A stretch of 64,000 bases of DNA from Candidatus Nealsonbacteria bacterium (GCA_047456305.1 CP179888.1:253307-317306), one strand, 5' to 3'; counted from the first letter of the stretch, positions 28,191 through 37,257 are shown. The notes: generated from the letters alone by a model not told the origin. Program-made: numbers and translations.

Positions 28191-29141
28191 TTAATATTCG
28201 GTACATTTCTCCAGGTACTCAAGAACATCGTCTAAATTAGCAATGGCTAGCGCTACCACTGAATCCGCAGCTCCATAATAAACTAAAAGTTCATTTGTTT
28301 TTTCATCAACAACCGCGCCGCAGGGAAAAACAACATCGTCTACATCACCCACTCTTTCGTAACTCTCTTTCGGACCAAAGACCCAATCTCGACTCCGGCG
28401 AATCACCTCAAGACTTTCTAAATCCAATAAAACCAGGCCAACTCGATAAATAGTACCTGAGGATGTATTTCTCCCCCCATGGTAAATAATCAACCAACCT
28501 TCTGGAGTTTCAATCGGCGGTGGACCTAACCCCACTCTGTGAGAATCCCAAGCTCTTTGTCTAGTAGAAATTAGCATCCTGTCTTTCCCCCAAAAATTCA
28601 GGTCTTTAGAAAAAGAAACCCAAATATCAGCCCTTCTATTAACAATAGGTCTGTTTATAAGGGCATAGTATCCTTTAATAGTTTTAGGGAATAAAGAAGC
28701 ATCTTTATTTGGAGGTATTAACTGATGCCCTAAACGTTTAAAATTAGAGAAATCTTTAGTTGCTATCAAAGAAATACCAGGAGGTTCTCCAACCACCTCA
28801 TTAAAGAAAGAAACGCAGGTAATTATATATTCTTGCCGTTCTTCCACCCAAACAATCCTCGGATCTTCTAATCCAAATGCCGCTTCGCCAAAATCTGATT
28901 CTGCCACTAATACTGGTTCGTGACTTATCCGCCAATTTGTTTTGCCGTCTTTACTTTTAGCAATTGTCAAATGGGAATATCCTTGTTTATCTTCAACCCG
29001 TACCAAAAGCAATATCTCATCATTAAATTTTATTGCGCCAGGATTAAAAACTGATGCCGCCCCATAGGGCCAATTTTCTGAAGTTAGAATCGGGTTTTCT
29101 TCATATCGCCTGAAAATCTCCTCAAATTTTCCTTTACTCAT
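28191..29141 (-). CDS. GH130-family glycoside phosphorylase/hydrolase (DUF377-type beta-propeller)
   Basis: NPGA, LEDPRIVWV, YYGAADSVVALA. A strong AAGGAGGG lies 5 nt upstream of the ATG. Confidence 0.75.
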   Translation of the reverse strand: MSKGKFEEIFRRYEENPILTSENWPYGAASVFNPGAIKFNDEILLLVRVEDKQGYSHLTIAKSKDGKTNWRISHEPVLVAESDFGEAAFGLEDPRIVWVEERQEYIITCVSFFNEVVGEPPGISLIATKDFSNFKRLGHQLIPPNKDASLFPKTIKGYYALINRPIVNRRADIWVSFSKDLNFWGKDRMLISTRQRAWDSHRVGLGPPPIETPEGWLIIYHGGRNTSSGTIYRVGLVLLDLESLEVIRRSRDWVFGPKESYERVGDVDDVVFPCGAVVDEKTNELLVYYGAADSVVALAIANLDDVLEYLEKCTEY

Positions 29142-29228
29142 TTCTTCCCTCCTTTTTTAATTTTTAGTTTTTAAATAACTACTATATTTCTACATTATCA
29201 TACTTTTATTTTTTTACAATCCTATATT

Positions 29229-29253
29229 AAAAACCCGCCAAAGCGGGATTTTG
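29229..29253 (-). terminator. Rho-independent terminator after archease
   Basis: Minus strand reads aaaatCCCGCtttgGCGGGttttt. Confidence 0.7.
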
Positions 29254-29288
29254 TTCTTAGAATAATTAAATGCTTTAAACTTATATAT

Positions 29289-29693
29289 TTAAATGTCAAA
29301 CAAAACGGTAGTTTGCCAGGTGCCATCTTTTTTTTGATGGATGTCTAAACTATGGTATGTGACGGCTTTGATGTCTTCGCCAAAGCTTTCTACTTTTTGG
29401 CCAACGAGTTCTGCTTTGAGTCCGGTATCAATGAATTTTTTAAAATTTACCTCGCTGTAAACTTCTTTATTAACTTGCGTTAAATATAGAACCTCGCTTA
29501 AAAAATCAACTAAAAGAGAAGACAACTCAGGAGAGCTTATTTTAATTTCTCTTTTTACTTTTCCTGGTAAAATTTCTGGTCTTTGGTTTTCTGTCATCGC
29601 TAAGAGCATATTTAAAAAAAGCTCTTCTTTATTTTTCCCAAAAGCTCTAATTTTTAAATCAGCTTTATGCTCTAAAATCTCGAATTTTTTCAT
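29289..29693 (-). CDS. Archease (RtcB activator/chaperone)
   Basis: FEILEHKADLKIRAFGKNKEELF...AVTYHSLDI. 134 aa. Overlaps the upstream Mur-ligase gene by 4 nt. Confidence 0.85.
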   Translation of the reverse strand: MKKFEILEHKADLKIRAFGKNKEELFLNMLLAMTENQRPEILPGKVKREIKISSPELSSLLVDFLSEVLYLTQVNKEVYSEVNFKKFIDTGLKAELVGQKVESFGEDIKAVTYHSLDIHQKKDGTWQTTVLFDI

Positions 29694-30895
29694 AAATTGA
29701 TTTTTTTAAATTCTTCTCGAACAACTGTCCTATCATCCCACGGTATTTTTTTACCCCCTTTTACACAAATCCAGGGTTCACAACCCTTACCAGTGATAAC
29801 CACTATATCATTTGTTTTGGCTAATTCCAGCGATTTTCTAATCGCCTCTCTTCTATCTAATATTTTTATTGCCATTTCTCTAGTCCCATCAGCAACTTGA
29901 TTTATAATTTCCATTGGGTCTTCGTCATAAGGGTCCTCATTAGTAACAATTACTTCCTGACAATATTTGGCGGCTATTTTTCCTAAAACCGGCCTTTTCC
30001 ATTTATCTCGGCCTCCTCCACAAGCACCGAGCACACAAATTAGTTTAGTAGTTTGTAGTTTGTAGTTAGTAGTTAGGGTTTGATAAACTTTTTCTAAAGC
30101 ATTGGGGGTAAAAGCGTAATCCACAAATATCTTAAAGGGGCTTGAAATCACCTCTTCCATTCTTCCGGGAATGCCGCCAGCTGCCTCTAATACTTTTTTA
30201 CAAATCTCTAAATTAATCCCCTGGGACAAGCCAACGCAAGTTGCGGCTAATGCATTATAAATATTAAAATCACCTATCAACCGAAGTTTAAATTGGATAT
30301 CTTTGTTATTAATATCTCCTTTATTTAATCCGTAGCTATATTTTTTCTTTGCTGGAAATCTCAAAAAATATTCCCTGTTTTCATCGTCTAAGTTTATAAT
30401 ATGAACCCCTTTGGTTATTTTAAAAAGTTTTCCTTTAGCGGCTCGATAATTTTCGAAGCTACCGTGAGTTTCAATGTGTTCTGGACTTAAATTTGTAAAA
30501 ACTGCTACCTCAAAATCAATGAATTTATGCCGGTACTGCTTTATTCCTTCAGACGTCACTTCCAAAACTACATACTTACACCCAGAGTTTAGTGCCTGCC
30601 TTAAAAATCTCTGAAGTTTGAAACGGCCGGGCATTGTCATCTTTAAAGTATTTGGCCACTCTTTTCCACCTATTTTAAATTTAATCGAAGATAAAGAAGC
30701 AACCTTGCATCCAGCTGCTACTAAAATTTTTGATGCCAATTCAACAACCGTTGATTTTCCATTGGTTCCGGTAACTCCAATAACAATTAATTTTCGCGAG
30801 GGAAATCTGTAAATTATTGCTCCTAAAAAAGCTAATAAAAAATGATACCAGTCCAACAGAAAAGAAGGAATAAACTTTTTAATTAAATCTTTCAT
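29690..30895 (-). CDS. Mur ligase family protein (MurE-like, lacking the N-terminal domain)
   Basis: GVTGTNGKST, LEVTSEG, DYAFTPNALEKV, GACGGGRDKWKRP. Confidence 0.7.
   Translation of the reverse strand: MKDLIKKFIPSFLLDWYHFLLAFLGAIIYRFPSRKLIVIGVTGTNGKSTVVELASKILVAAGCKVASLSSIKFKIGGKEWPNTLKMTMPGRFKLQRFLRQALNSGCKYVVLEVTSEGIKQYRHKFIDFEVAVFTNLSPEHIETHGSFENYRAAKGKLFKITKGVHIINLDDENREYFLRFPAKKKYSYGLNKGDINNKDIQFKLRLIGDFNIYNALAATCVGLSQGINLEICKKVLEAAGGIPGRMEEVISSPFKIFVDYAFTPNALEKVYQTLTTNYKLQTTKLICVLGACGGGRDKWKRPVLGKIAAKYCQEVIVTNEDPYDEDPMEIINQVADGTREMAIKILDRREAIRKSLELAKTNDIVVITGKGCEPWICVKGGKKIPWDDRTVVREEFKKINL
30038..30085. repeat. Heptamer-type AAACTAY tandem tract inside the Mur-ligase CDS
   Basis: The coding-strand (minus) reading is aactactaactacaaactacaaactactaaactaattt. 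It resembles the uvrB tract at 32672. Confidence 0.6.
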
Positions 30896-31856
30896 TTCTT
30901 TTTAATAAATCTTCTATATCTTGTATGATTGACCCCATTACCGTTGGAGTGGCTCCAGCACCAGGTCCAGTGAGAATATATGTTCCGTCGATTCCATAAA
31001 TCAAAGCAGCATTATTAACTCCCGGAGGTACTAACTGTAAAAATAAAGGGTTTTGGGTGCGATTCTTAAATCCACATGATACCAACCATTCATTTATCGG
31101 GAATTTAAATTCTCCAACTACATCCTCCTTGTTTTCTTCTTTGGCAATCGAAACAATATATCTCCTAAAAGTTGCCTCTCTAACCAATTTCTTCAAACCA
31201 ATCCCACCGATTTTCTGAGCATCGATATTTTTAGCTCTGATTTCACCGAAACCGCAAATATTAAGTAGTACGGAAATCTTCATTGGGATATCTTTACAAG
31301 CCTCGGTATTAATTACTTCAAGCACTTCTTGGGTTCCTGGTTCGGCGTAGCCCAATTTTTTTGCTTCTTCAACTACCTCATCCAAGGCTTTTCCTCTACT
31401 TAATCCATCAAAAATATAATTCAAAGTACCATTTATAACCAGATGGATTTCTTTTATCCCAGGAGTTAACCGATCTTTTAACCAATGTAATAGTCTAGTC
31501 CCACCACCTACAGTAGCAGAATAGCCAATTTTGCTTATCCAAGGTTTCAACTCAGGGAAATAATTACCTAATGCTCCTTTCTCAGAGCTCACCACTGGAA
31601 TTCCTTTTTCTACTAAATTTTTTATGTAATTATAGGCAATATTTCCATCGTCAAGCGTAGAAATACACAAGACAGCGATGTCTACTTTTTCGAAATACTT
31701 CAGCCAATTATTCAGTTCATCAATCTTTTTTTCTCCGGAATCATATATCCCTGAAGTTATAGCAATTACTGGGACCGCCCATCCTTTTTGAAGTACCCTT
31801 TTTTTTACTTCCTGACCAATTCTACCATAACCAATAAGGCCTATTTTTGCTTTCAT
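30879..31856 (-). CDS. Homoserine-dehydrogenase-family NAD(P)-binding oxidoreductase
   Basis: N-terminal IGLIGYGRIGQEV Rossmann motif; INGTLNYIF and LGYAEPG motifs of the HSDH catalytic domain. Confidence 0.55.
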   Translation of the reverse strand: MKAKIGLIGYGRIGQEVKKRVLQKGWAVPVIAITSGIYDSGEKKIDELNNWLKYFEKVDIAVLCISTLDDGNIAYNYIKNLVEKGIPVVSSEKGALGNYFPELKPWISKIGYSATVGGGTRLLHWLKDRLTPGIKEIHLVINGTLNYIFDGLSRGKALDEVVEEAKKLGYAEPGTQEVLEVINTEACKDIPMKISVLLNICGFGEIRAKNIDAQKIGGIGLKKLVREATFRRYIVSIAKEENKEDVVGEFKFPINEWLVSCGFKNRTQNPLFLQLVPPGVNNAALIYGIDGTYILTGPGAGATPTVMGSIIQDIEDLLKRNERFN

Positions 31857-31987
31857 ATGCTTTATTTTAACTTATTTTCCGAAAATTTTAAACCCTTGAA
31901 TAAAGGAAGGATTTAAGCTAAATTTAAGTGTATGTTCAACGAATTATAAATTCATTTCACATTTTCGATAAATTAAAATTTATCTCA

Positions 31988-33940
31988 ATGTTCAAGTTAA
32001 GGTCCTCATTTAAACCGACCGGCGACCAACCCCAGGCAATTGAAAAATTGACTAAAAATCTAAAAGATGGGAGGCGATTTAATGTGCTTTTAGGGACGAC
32101 TGGTAGCGGTAAAACCTATACAATGGCAAGGCTAATAGAAAAGGTCCAAAAACCAGTTTTGCTGATATCGCCAAATAAAACTTTATGCGCTCAATTGTTT
32201 CAGGAGTTCAAAGAGTTTTTTCCTGAAAATGCCATTCATTACTTTGTTTCATACTATGACTATTATCAACCTGAAGCTTATATCCCCCAAACCGACACCT
32301 ATATTGAAAAAGATGCTAAAATCAATGAGGAAATTGACAGACTAAGACATTCAGCAACTCAGGATTTGTTAATTAGAGATGATATTATTGTTGTCGCCTC
32401 GGTTTCTTGCATTTATAATATTGGATCGCCAGAAACTTATCAAAAAGTCTCTTTAGAAATTAAACCCGGCCAAAAAGTCAAGAGAAGGGATTTTTTAAAA
32501 AATCTTTGTGTTTTACAATACCGGAGAAATGATATTGATTTCAAGCCCGGAACTTTCCGAGTCAGAGGCAATATTGTCGATATTTATTTAGTAACGGGTA
32601 AAGAAATTTTGAGGGTGGAATTTTCCGGCGATCAAATTTCTTCCCTTTGGCAAGGAAATCCCGATTTTAAAAATAACTATAAACTAAAAACTATAAACTA
32701 TAAACTAATTTATCCGGCTCACTTTTGGGTTACCCCTGAAGAGAAATTGAGCATCGCCATTGAAAATATAAAATTAGAACTACAAGAGAGATTGAAAGAA
32801 TTAAAAAAGCAAAAAAAGTCGCTGGAAGCTCAAAGATTGGAACAGAGAACAAATTATGATTTAGAAATGTTAAAAGAAACCGGCTATTGTCACGGAATCG
32901 AGAACTACTCCCGGCATTTAGAATTTAGGGAACCCGGACAAGCTCCTTATACTTTAATTGATTACTTTCCGAATAATTTTATAGTTTTTATTGATGAATC
33001 CCATATGACCCTACCCCAGCTTCATGCTATGGCAAATCAAGATAGAGCCAGGAAGAAAACCCTCGTTGAATATGGTTTCAGGCTTCCTTCAGCTGTTGAT
33101 AATAGACCTTTAACCTTTGAGGAATTTGAAAAAAAGATTAATCAGGTAATTTATATTTCAGCCACTCCAGGAGAGGAAGAAAAAAGAAAGGCAACTAAAG
33201 AAAATATTATTGAACAATTAATTAAGCCAACCGGATTATTAGAACCCTCAATTGAAGTCAGACCAACAAGAAATCAAGTGAAAGATTTAATAAAAGAAGT
33301 TAAAAGAAGAGTTGCAAAAAGACAAAGAACTTTAGTAATCACTCTCACCAAAAGATTGGCCGAAGCCCTCTCTGATTATTTAGCCGAGGAGGGAATTAAA
33401 ACCCAATGGCTACATTCTGAAATCAAAACCTTAGAGAGACCTCAAATTTTAAAGGAATTGAGAGAAGGAAAATATGATGTTTTGGTTGGGATTAATCTTT
33501 TAAGAGAGGGGTTGGACTTACCAGAAGTTGCTTTAGTTGCAATTTTAGATGCTGATAAAGAAGGATTTTTAAGGTCAGAAACTACTTTAATTCAAACTAT
33601 GGGTCGGGCAGCCAGACACGAAGCTGGCCATGTTATTTTATATGCTGATAAAATTACCAAATCTATGAAAGCTGCGATAAAAGAAGTGAAAAGAAGAAGA
33701 AAAATTCAAATGGAATATAACAAACTTCACAATATTACACCGAAACCAATTATTAAACCGATAAGAGAATGGCCATTTGCCTCCAGGGAAAAGCCCACTG
33801 TTCTCACACAGGAGATAGGGTCAGAATTTTGGATAATCCGGGATAAAAAACTTCTAGAAAAAGAAATGAAAACAGCTGCCCACAATCTTGATTTCGAGAG
33901 GGCGGCAGAAATTAGAGACTTGATAAAAAAACTAAAATAA
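31988..33940 (+). CDS. uvrB: Excinuclease ABC subunit B
   Basis: GDQPQAI, GTTGSGKT, YYDYYQPEAY, DESH, helicase motifs, C-terminal UVR domain FERAAEIRD. ATG 31988 preferred over GTG 31928. Confidence 0.95.
   Translation: MFKLRSSFKPTGDQPQAIEKLTKNLKDGRRFNVLLGTTGSGKTYTMARLIEKVQKPVLLISPNKTLCAQLFQEFKEFFPENAIHYFVSYYDYYQPEAYIPQTDTYIEKDAKINEEIDRLRHSATQDLLIRDDIIVVASVSCIYNIGSPETYQKVSLEIKPGQKVKRRDFLKNLCVLQYRRNDIDFKPGTFRVRGNIVDIYLVTGKEILRVEFSGDQISSLWQGNPDFKNNYKLKTINYKLIYPAHFWVTPEEKLSIAIENIKLELQERLKELKKQKKSLEAQRLEQRTNYDLEMLKETGYCHGIENYSRHLEFREPGQAPYTLIDYFPNNFIVFIDESHMTLPQLHAMANQDRARKKTLVEYGFRLPSAVDNRPLTFEEFEKKINQVIYISATPGEEEKRKATKENIIEQLIKPTGLLEPSIEVRPTRNQVKDLIKEVKRRVAKRQRTLVITLTKRLAEALSDYLAEEGIKTQWLHSEIKTLERPQILKELREGKYDVLVGINLLREGLDLPEVALVAILDADKEGFLRSETTLIQTMGRAARHEAGHVILYADKITKSMKAAIKEVKRRRKIQMEYNKLHNITPKPIIKPIREWPFASREKPTVLTQEIGSEFWIIRDKKLLEKEMKTAAHNLDFERAAEIRDLIKKLK
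32672..32712. repeat. Heptamer tandem tract AACTATA/AACTAAA x5 inside uvrB
   Basis: aactataaactaaaaactataaactataaactaattt encodes NNYKLKTINYKL. Confidence 0.7.
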
Positions 33941-33968
33941 CTTAATATCAAACTATAAACATCCCACA

Positions 33969-34006
33969 TCGGAAGGGGGTCGGGAGAACCCTTCGGTTCT
34001 TCCGTG
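33969..34006. repeat. GC-rich hairpin element (AGAACC-cttc-GGTTCT core) between uvrB and rpsT
   Basis: cggaagggggtcgggagaacccttcggttcttccg. Further GC-rich cgagcg-type sequence extends to about 34080. Confidence 0.6.
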
Positions 34007-34100
34007 TAGGAAAATATTAAAAACCGAGGGTTTTTAAAGAGCGGTGTTAGTCGAGCGATGCGAGACGTGCCGCGACCTAACTAGGTGATACCACTACTAT

Positions 34101-34361
34101 ATGGCAATTACTAAATCGGCTAAAAAAGCGCTCAGGCAAAACTTAAAAAGAAAGTATCGAAACATACAAAAGAAAAAAATAATAAAAAACCTCTTAAAAG
34201 AGGTTAGGAATTTAATTTCTCAGAAAAAAATTAAAGAAGCAAAAAATCTTTTACCCAAAGTTTATAAATTATTAGATAAAGCAGCAAAAACTGGATTAAT
34301 TAAAAAAAACACTGCAGATAGAAAAAAAGCAAGGACAACTAAATTAATAAATAAATCCTAA
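34101..34361 (+). CDS. rpsT: 30S ribosomal protein S20
   Basis: MAITKSAKKALRQNLKRKYRN...KAAKTGLIKKNTADRKKAR. 86 aa. Confidence 0.9.
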   Translation: MAITKSAKKALRQNLKRKYRNIQKKKIIKNLLKEVRNLISQKKIKEAKNLLPKVYKLLDKAAKTGLIKKNTADRKKARTTKLINKS

Positions 34362-34375
34362 AAAAATGGGAATGA

Positions 34376-35500
34376 CTATATCTCGGTGATTAGTAAATCT
34401 AAGGCTGTCTGAGGGTCTATTTTCCCAGTTTTTATATTTAAATCTGCCTGAAAAATTTTTTGGTAGATTTTTTTTAGTTCATCAATTGTAAACCTTTTAG
34501 CTTGTTGAATTGACTTTCTTATTACATAAGGATGTAACTTTAGTTTTTCGCTAAGTATTCGCATATCGTTTACATATAATTCAGTTTTTGATTCGCATGA
34601 TTTTACCAAAAGTAAGTTCCGGAACTGAAAATTTATCATTGAAAGAAGATACAAAGGTGAATCCCCTTTTTCTAAATGTTTATGAATTAACAAAAGAGCC
34701 TGCTTTTTATTTCCTGAAGATATGGCATCGATAGTTTTAAAAATATCGGTTTCGATTTTTGGTCTAACTAAAAGTTCAACATCTTCTTCTCCAATTTCTT
34801 GTTTCTTCTTGTAGTCAAAGAGAACTTCGTTCTCTTTTCCACCTTCGCTCACCGAGCGAGGCGAAGCCGAGCGAAGGTTAAGAAGAGATTTATCTCTTCG
34901 CCTCGCTACGCGCGGCGCTCGGTAACAAACAAGTTTTCTAATTTCATTGCTAATCTGCCAAAGGTCATTCCCTATAAATTCAATTAACTTTCCTAAAGCT
35001 CTATCTGAAACCTGACACTGATATTTTTCAAATTCTTTCTTGACCCAGTTTTTTAATCTTTGACTTCCCAAAAGTTTAAATTCCTGGAATTTTGCCTGCC
35101 CTTTTAGAAAATTAAATAAGGCGTCATTTTTAGAAAACTCACCTTCTTCATAGAATAAAATTATATCCCCCGCACCAGAAACTTCGTTTCGGTGCAGGAC
35201 TGGTCCAGCACCGAGCTCCGCTCTGGTGCTGGGTTTTGAATCTCTGAATTTCTTAGAATTTTCTAAAAATTTTCTTTTAAACTCACTATTGGAAAAAGCG
35301 TTTTTTAATACCATCAATTTTTTTTCCTGAAACATTGAAATTATTTGAAACTCGCCTTTAAATTCCTGGTAGCTATCTTTTTTGAAATCAAAATACTTCA
35401 AATTCAATCCACTTTTGGAAGTTTTTTTGTAGTGCTCAATTATCTCATTCAACTTTTGTCGCGACCTGTAAGTATCAGGTCCATAAAGAAAGATAATCAT
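34376..35500 (-). CDS. holA: DNA polymerase III delta subunit, carrying two in-frame GC-rich repeat insertions
   Basis: MIIFLYGPDTYRSRQKL... N-terminus, C-terminal delta-like helical domain. ATG 35500 preferred; the track start 35515 lies in a hairpin. Confidence 0.75.
   Translation of the reverse strand: MIIFLYGPDTYRSRQKLNEIIEHYKKTSKSGLNLKYFDFKKDSYQEFKGEFQIISMFQEKKLMVLKNAFSNSEFKRKFLENSKKFRDSKPSTRAELGAGPVLHRNEVSGAGDIILFYEEGEFSKNDALFNFLKGQAKFQEFKLLGSQRLKNWVKKEFEKYQCQVSDRALGKLIEFIGNDLWQISNEIRKLVCYRAPRVARRRDKSLLNLRSASPRSVSEGGKENEVLFDYKKKQEIGEEDVELLVRPKIETDIFKTIDAISSGNKKQALLLIHKHLEKGDSPLYLLSMINFQFRNLLLVKSCESKTELYVNDMRILSEKLKLHPYVIRKSIQQAKRFTIDELKKIYQKIFQADLNIKTGKIDPQTALDLLITEI
34817..34923. repeat. 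Composite GC-rich hairpin element inserted in frame in holA (~35 codons)
   Basis: aaagagaac-ttc-gttctcttt + ttccaccttcg... + gaagagat-tt-atctcttc + cgcctcgctacgcgcggcgctcgg. Shares ctcttttccaccttcg with the intergenic copy at 44240. Confidence 0.8.
35172..35232. repeat. GC-rich double-hairpin insertion in frame in holA
   Basis: gcacc-agaaacttcgtttc-ggtgc and ccagcacc-N12-ggtgctgg. Encodes ...STRAELGAGPVLHRNEVSGAG.... Confidence 0.7.
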
Positions 35501-35534
35501 AGACCGAGCTTCCATTTATGGAAGCGAAGGTAAA

Positions 35535-35555
35535 GAAGAGGACTAAGTCCTCTTC
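35535..35555. repeat. GAAGAGGAC-taa-GTCCTCTTC hairpin overlapping the fpg stop codon
   Basis: gaagaggactaagtcctcttc. The tag stop of fpg lies in the loop or stem region. Confidence 0.8.
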
Positions 35556-36460
35556 GCCCTTTGGCAACTAGGACAGTAATGGACACTTCTGCCCCCTAAT
35601 TTTACCCTTTTTATTTTTGTGCCGCAACGCGGACAAGGTTCTCCTTCTCGGCGATAAACTTTTCTTTCTTTATCGAAATATCCTCTTTCTCCAGAAATCC
35701 TCCGAAAATCAGAAATACTTTCTCCACCAAGTTTAATTGCCTTTGCTAAAATTTCTCTCATTGCCTGATAAATTTCTTTCAATTCCTCATCAGTTAATTT
35801 TGAAACATTTTTGAAAGGATAAATTTTCGCCTGCCACAAAATTTCATCAGAGTAAATATTGCCAATCCCAGCAATGACAGTTTGGTCCATTAAAACTTGC
35901 TTTATCTTACCTCTTTTCCCTTTAAAACATTCTTTAAATTTTTCAAAAGTAAAATCTTTTTCTAAGGGTTCCGGGCCAAAAGAACATAATTCCTCTTTAA
36001 GTCCTTCATTATTCCAAAGTTCGACCTTGGCAAATTTTCTTAAATCTGACAGGGCTAACATTTGACCATTATCTAAAGTAAATAATAAATGAATATAGGT
36101 ATTAATTTTCTCCGCCAAGGGTCCGGCAGGAGGAATCCATTTCCCTCTGCTGAATTCCCACTTACCCAGGAGTAAGTGGCCAGTTAATTTTTGATGAATT
36201 AACAAAGAACGGTTCGAGGGGCCCACTTCTGTGGGAGGGCGGTGGGGAGGTATGTAGTCTGATAAATTAAAAATAATATTTTTCCCTCTTCGCCAGATTT
36301 TTTGAATTTTTTTACCCTTGATTTCTTTTTTAAATTGCTCAAAATCTTCGGGTTTTCTTACTACCTTGGGAAAATCGGTCCAAACATCAATAAAAGTCCT
36401 GTTAAGGACCTTTTTATTTAAATCTCGGATTATTGTTTCTACTTCGGGTAATTCCGGCAT
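35543..36460 (-). CDS. mutM: Formamidopyrimidine-DNA glycosylase
   Basis: MPELPEVETI N-terminus (the catalytic Pro2 requires start 36460, not 36484), H2TH, C-terminal zinc finger CPRCGTKIKRVKLGGRSVHYCPSCQ. Confidence 0.9.
   Translation of the reverse strand: MPELPEVETIIRDLNKKVLNRTFIDVWTDFPKVVRKPEDFEQFKKEIKGKKIQKIWRRGKNIIFNLSDYIPPHRPPTEVGPSNRSLLIHQKLTGHLLLGKWEFSRGKWIPPAGPLAEKINTYIHLLFTLDNGQMLALSDLRKFAKVELWNNEGLKEELCSFGPEPLEKDFTFEKFKECFKGKRGKIKQVLMDQTVIAGIGNIYSDEILWQAKIYPFKNVSKLTDEELKEIYQAMREILAKAIKLGGESISDFRRISGERGYFDKERKVYRREGEPCPRCGTKIKRVKLGGRSVHYCPSCQRAKRT
36210..36250. repeat. GC-rich insertion in frame in fpg
   Basis: cggttcgaggggCCCACttctGTGGGagggcggtggggagg encodes PPHRPPTEVGPSNR inside the N-terminal beta-sandwich. 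Confidence 0.55.
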
Positions 36461-36479
36461 ACGACCGAAGGGAGCACCA

Positions 36480-36502
36480 AGCATATAATTTATTTATGTG
36501 CT
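36480..36502. repeat. AGCACATAA/TTATGTGCT palindrome family, copy 3
   Basis: agcatataa-tttat-ttatgtgct lies between the response regulator stop and the fpg start. Confidence 0.75.
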
Positions 36503-36516
36503 CGGTTTCGCTCCAC

Positions 36517-36885
36517 TCATTTGAGTGCTCCTTTTACCTTCTCGATAATTTCTCCGGGAGTGAAGTGGGCTTTAATCAAATAATCAACTGCTCCTAATTT
36601 AAGTCCCCTTTCCACATCATCTTTCTGGCCGAGATTGGAAAGAATAATTACTGGAATCTGAGCTAAAGACATATCTTCTTTCATTTTTGATAAAACCTCA
36701 AATCCATCAATTCCCGGCAAAATTAAATCAAGTAAAACCAAATCCGGCTTCTCTTCTTTTATTTTTTTTATTCCCTCTTCACCATCAATTGCTTCTGTAA
36801 TATTGAAATTCTCTTTCTTGAGTTTCCGAACAATTAATTCTCTTAAAAATTTATCGTCCTCAACGATTAAAATTGTTTTTGCCAT
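36517..36885 (-). CDS. Stand-alone response-regulator receiver domain (CheY-like)
   Basis: ILIVEDD, DLVLLDLILPGIDG, PVIILSN, K at LIKAHF. 122 aa with no output domain. Confidence 0.88.
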   Translation of the reverse strand: MAKTILIVEDDKFLRELIVRKLKKENFNITEAIDGEEGIKKIKEEKPDLVLLDLILPGIDGFEVLSKMKEDMSLAQIPVIILSNLGQKDDVERGLKLGAVDYLIKAHFTPGEIIEKVKGALK

Positions 36886-36886
36886 A

Positions 36887-37255
36887 TTAATTACCTATTT
36901 GTTTTTTAACTTTATTAATTACCTCTTGGGGGTCGAATTCGGTTTTAATCAGCCAATCTTTCGCTCCCAACTCCTGAGCTTTATCAATTTCCACTGGCTG
37001 ACCAGAATTAGATATGACGATCACTGGAATTTTCTTCAACTCCCTGTCTTTTTTCATCTCTTCCATCACTTCAAAGCCTCCCATCTTTGGCATAATAATA
37101 TCAAGAAGAATAAGGTCGGGTTTTACCTCTTTCATTTTTCCCAGCCCCTCTTGCCCGTCTCTAGCCACTGAAGTTTCATATCCCTCAGCAGTTAGTTTCC
37201 TCTGGAGAAGGTCAATCATAATCTCTTCGTCTTCGACAATTAAAATTTTCTTCAT
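36887..37255 (-). CDS. Stand-alone response-regulator receiver domain (CheY-like)
   Basis: ILIVEDEE, DLILLDIIMPKMGG, PVIVISN, WLIKTEF. 122 aa. Separated from the next receiver gene by 1 nt. Confidence 0.88.
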   Translation of the reverse strand: MKKILIVEDEEIMIDLLQRKLTAEGYETSVARDGQEGLGKMKEVKPDLILLDIIMPKMGGFEVMEEMKKDRELKKIPVIVISNSGQPVEIDKAQELGAKDWLIKTEFDPQEVINKVKKQIGN

Positions 37256-37257
37256 AA

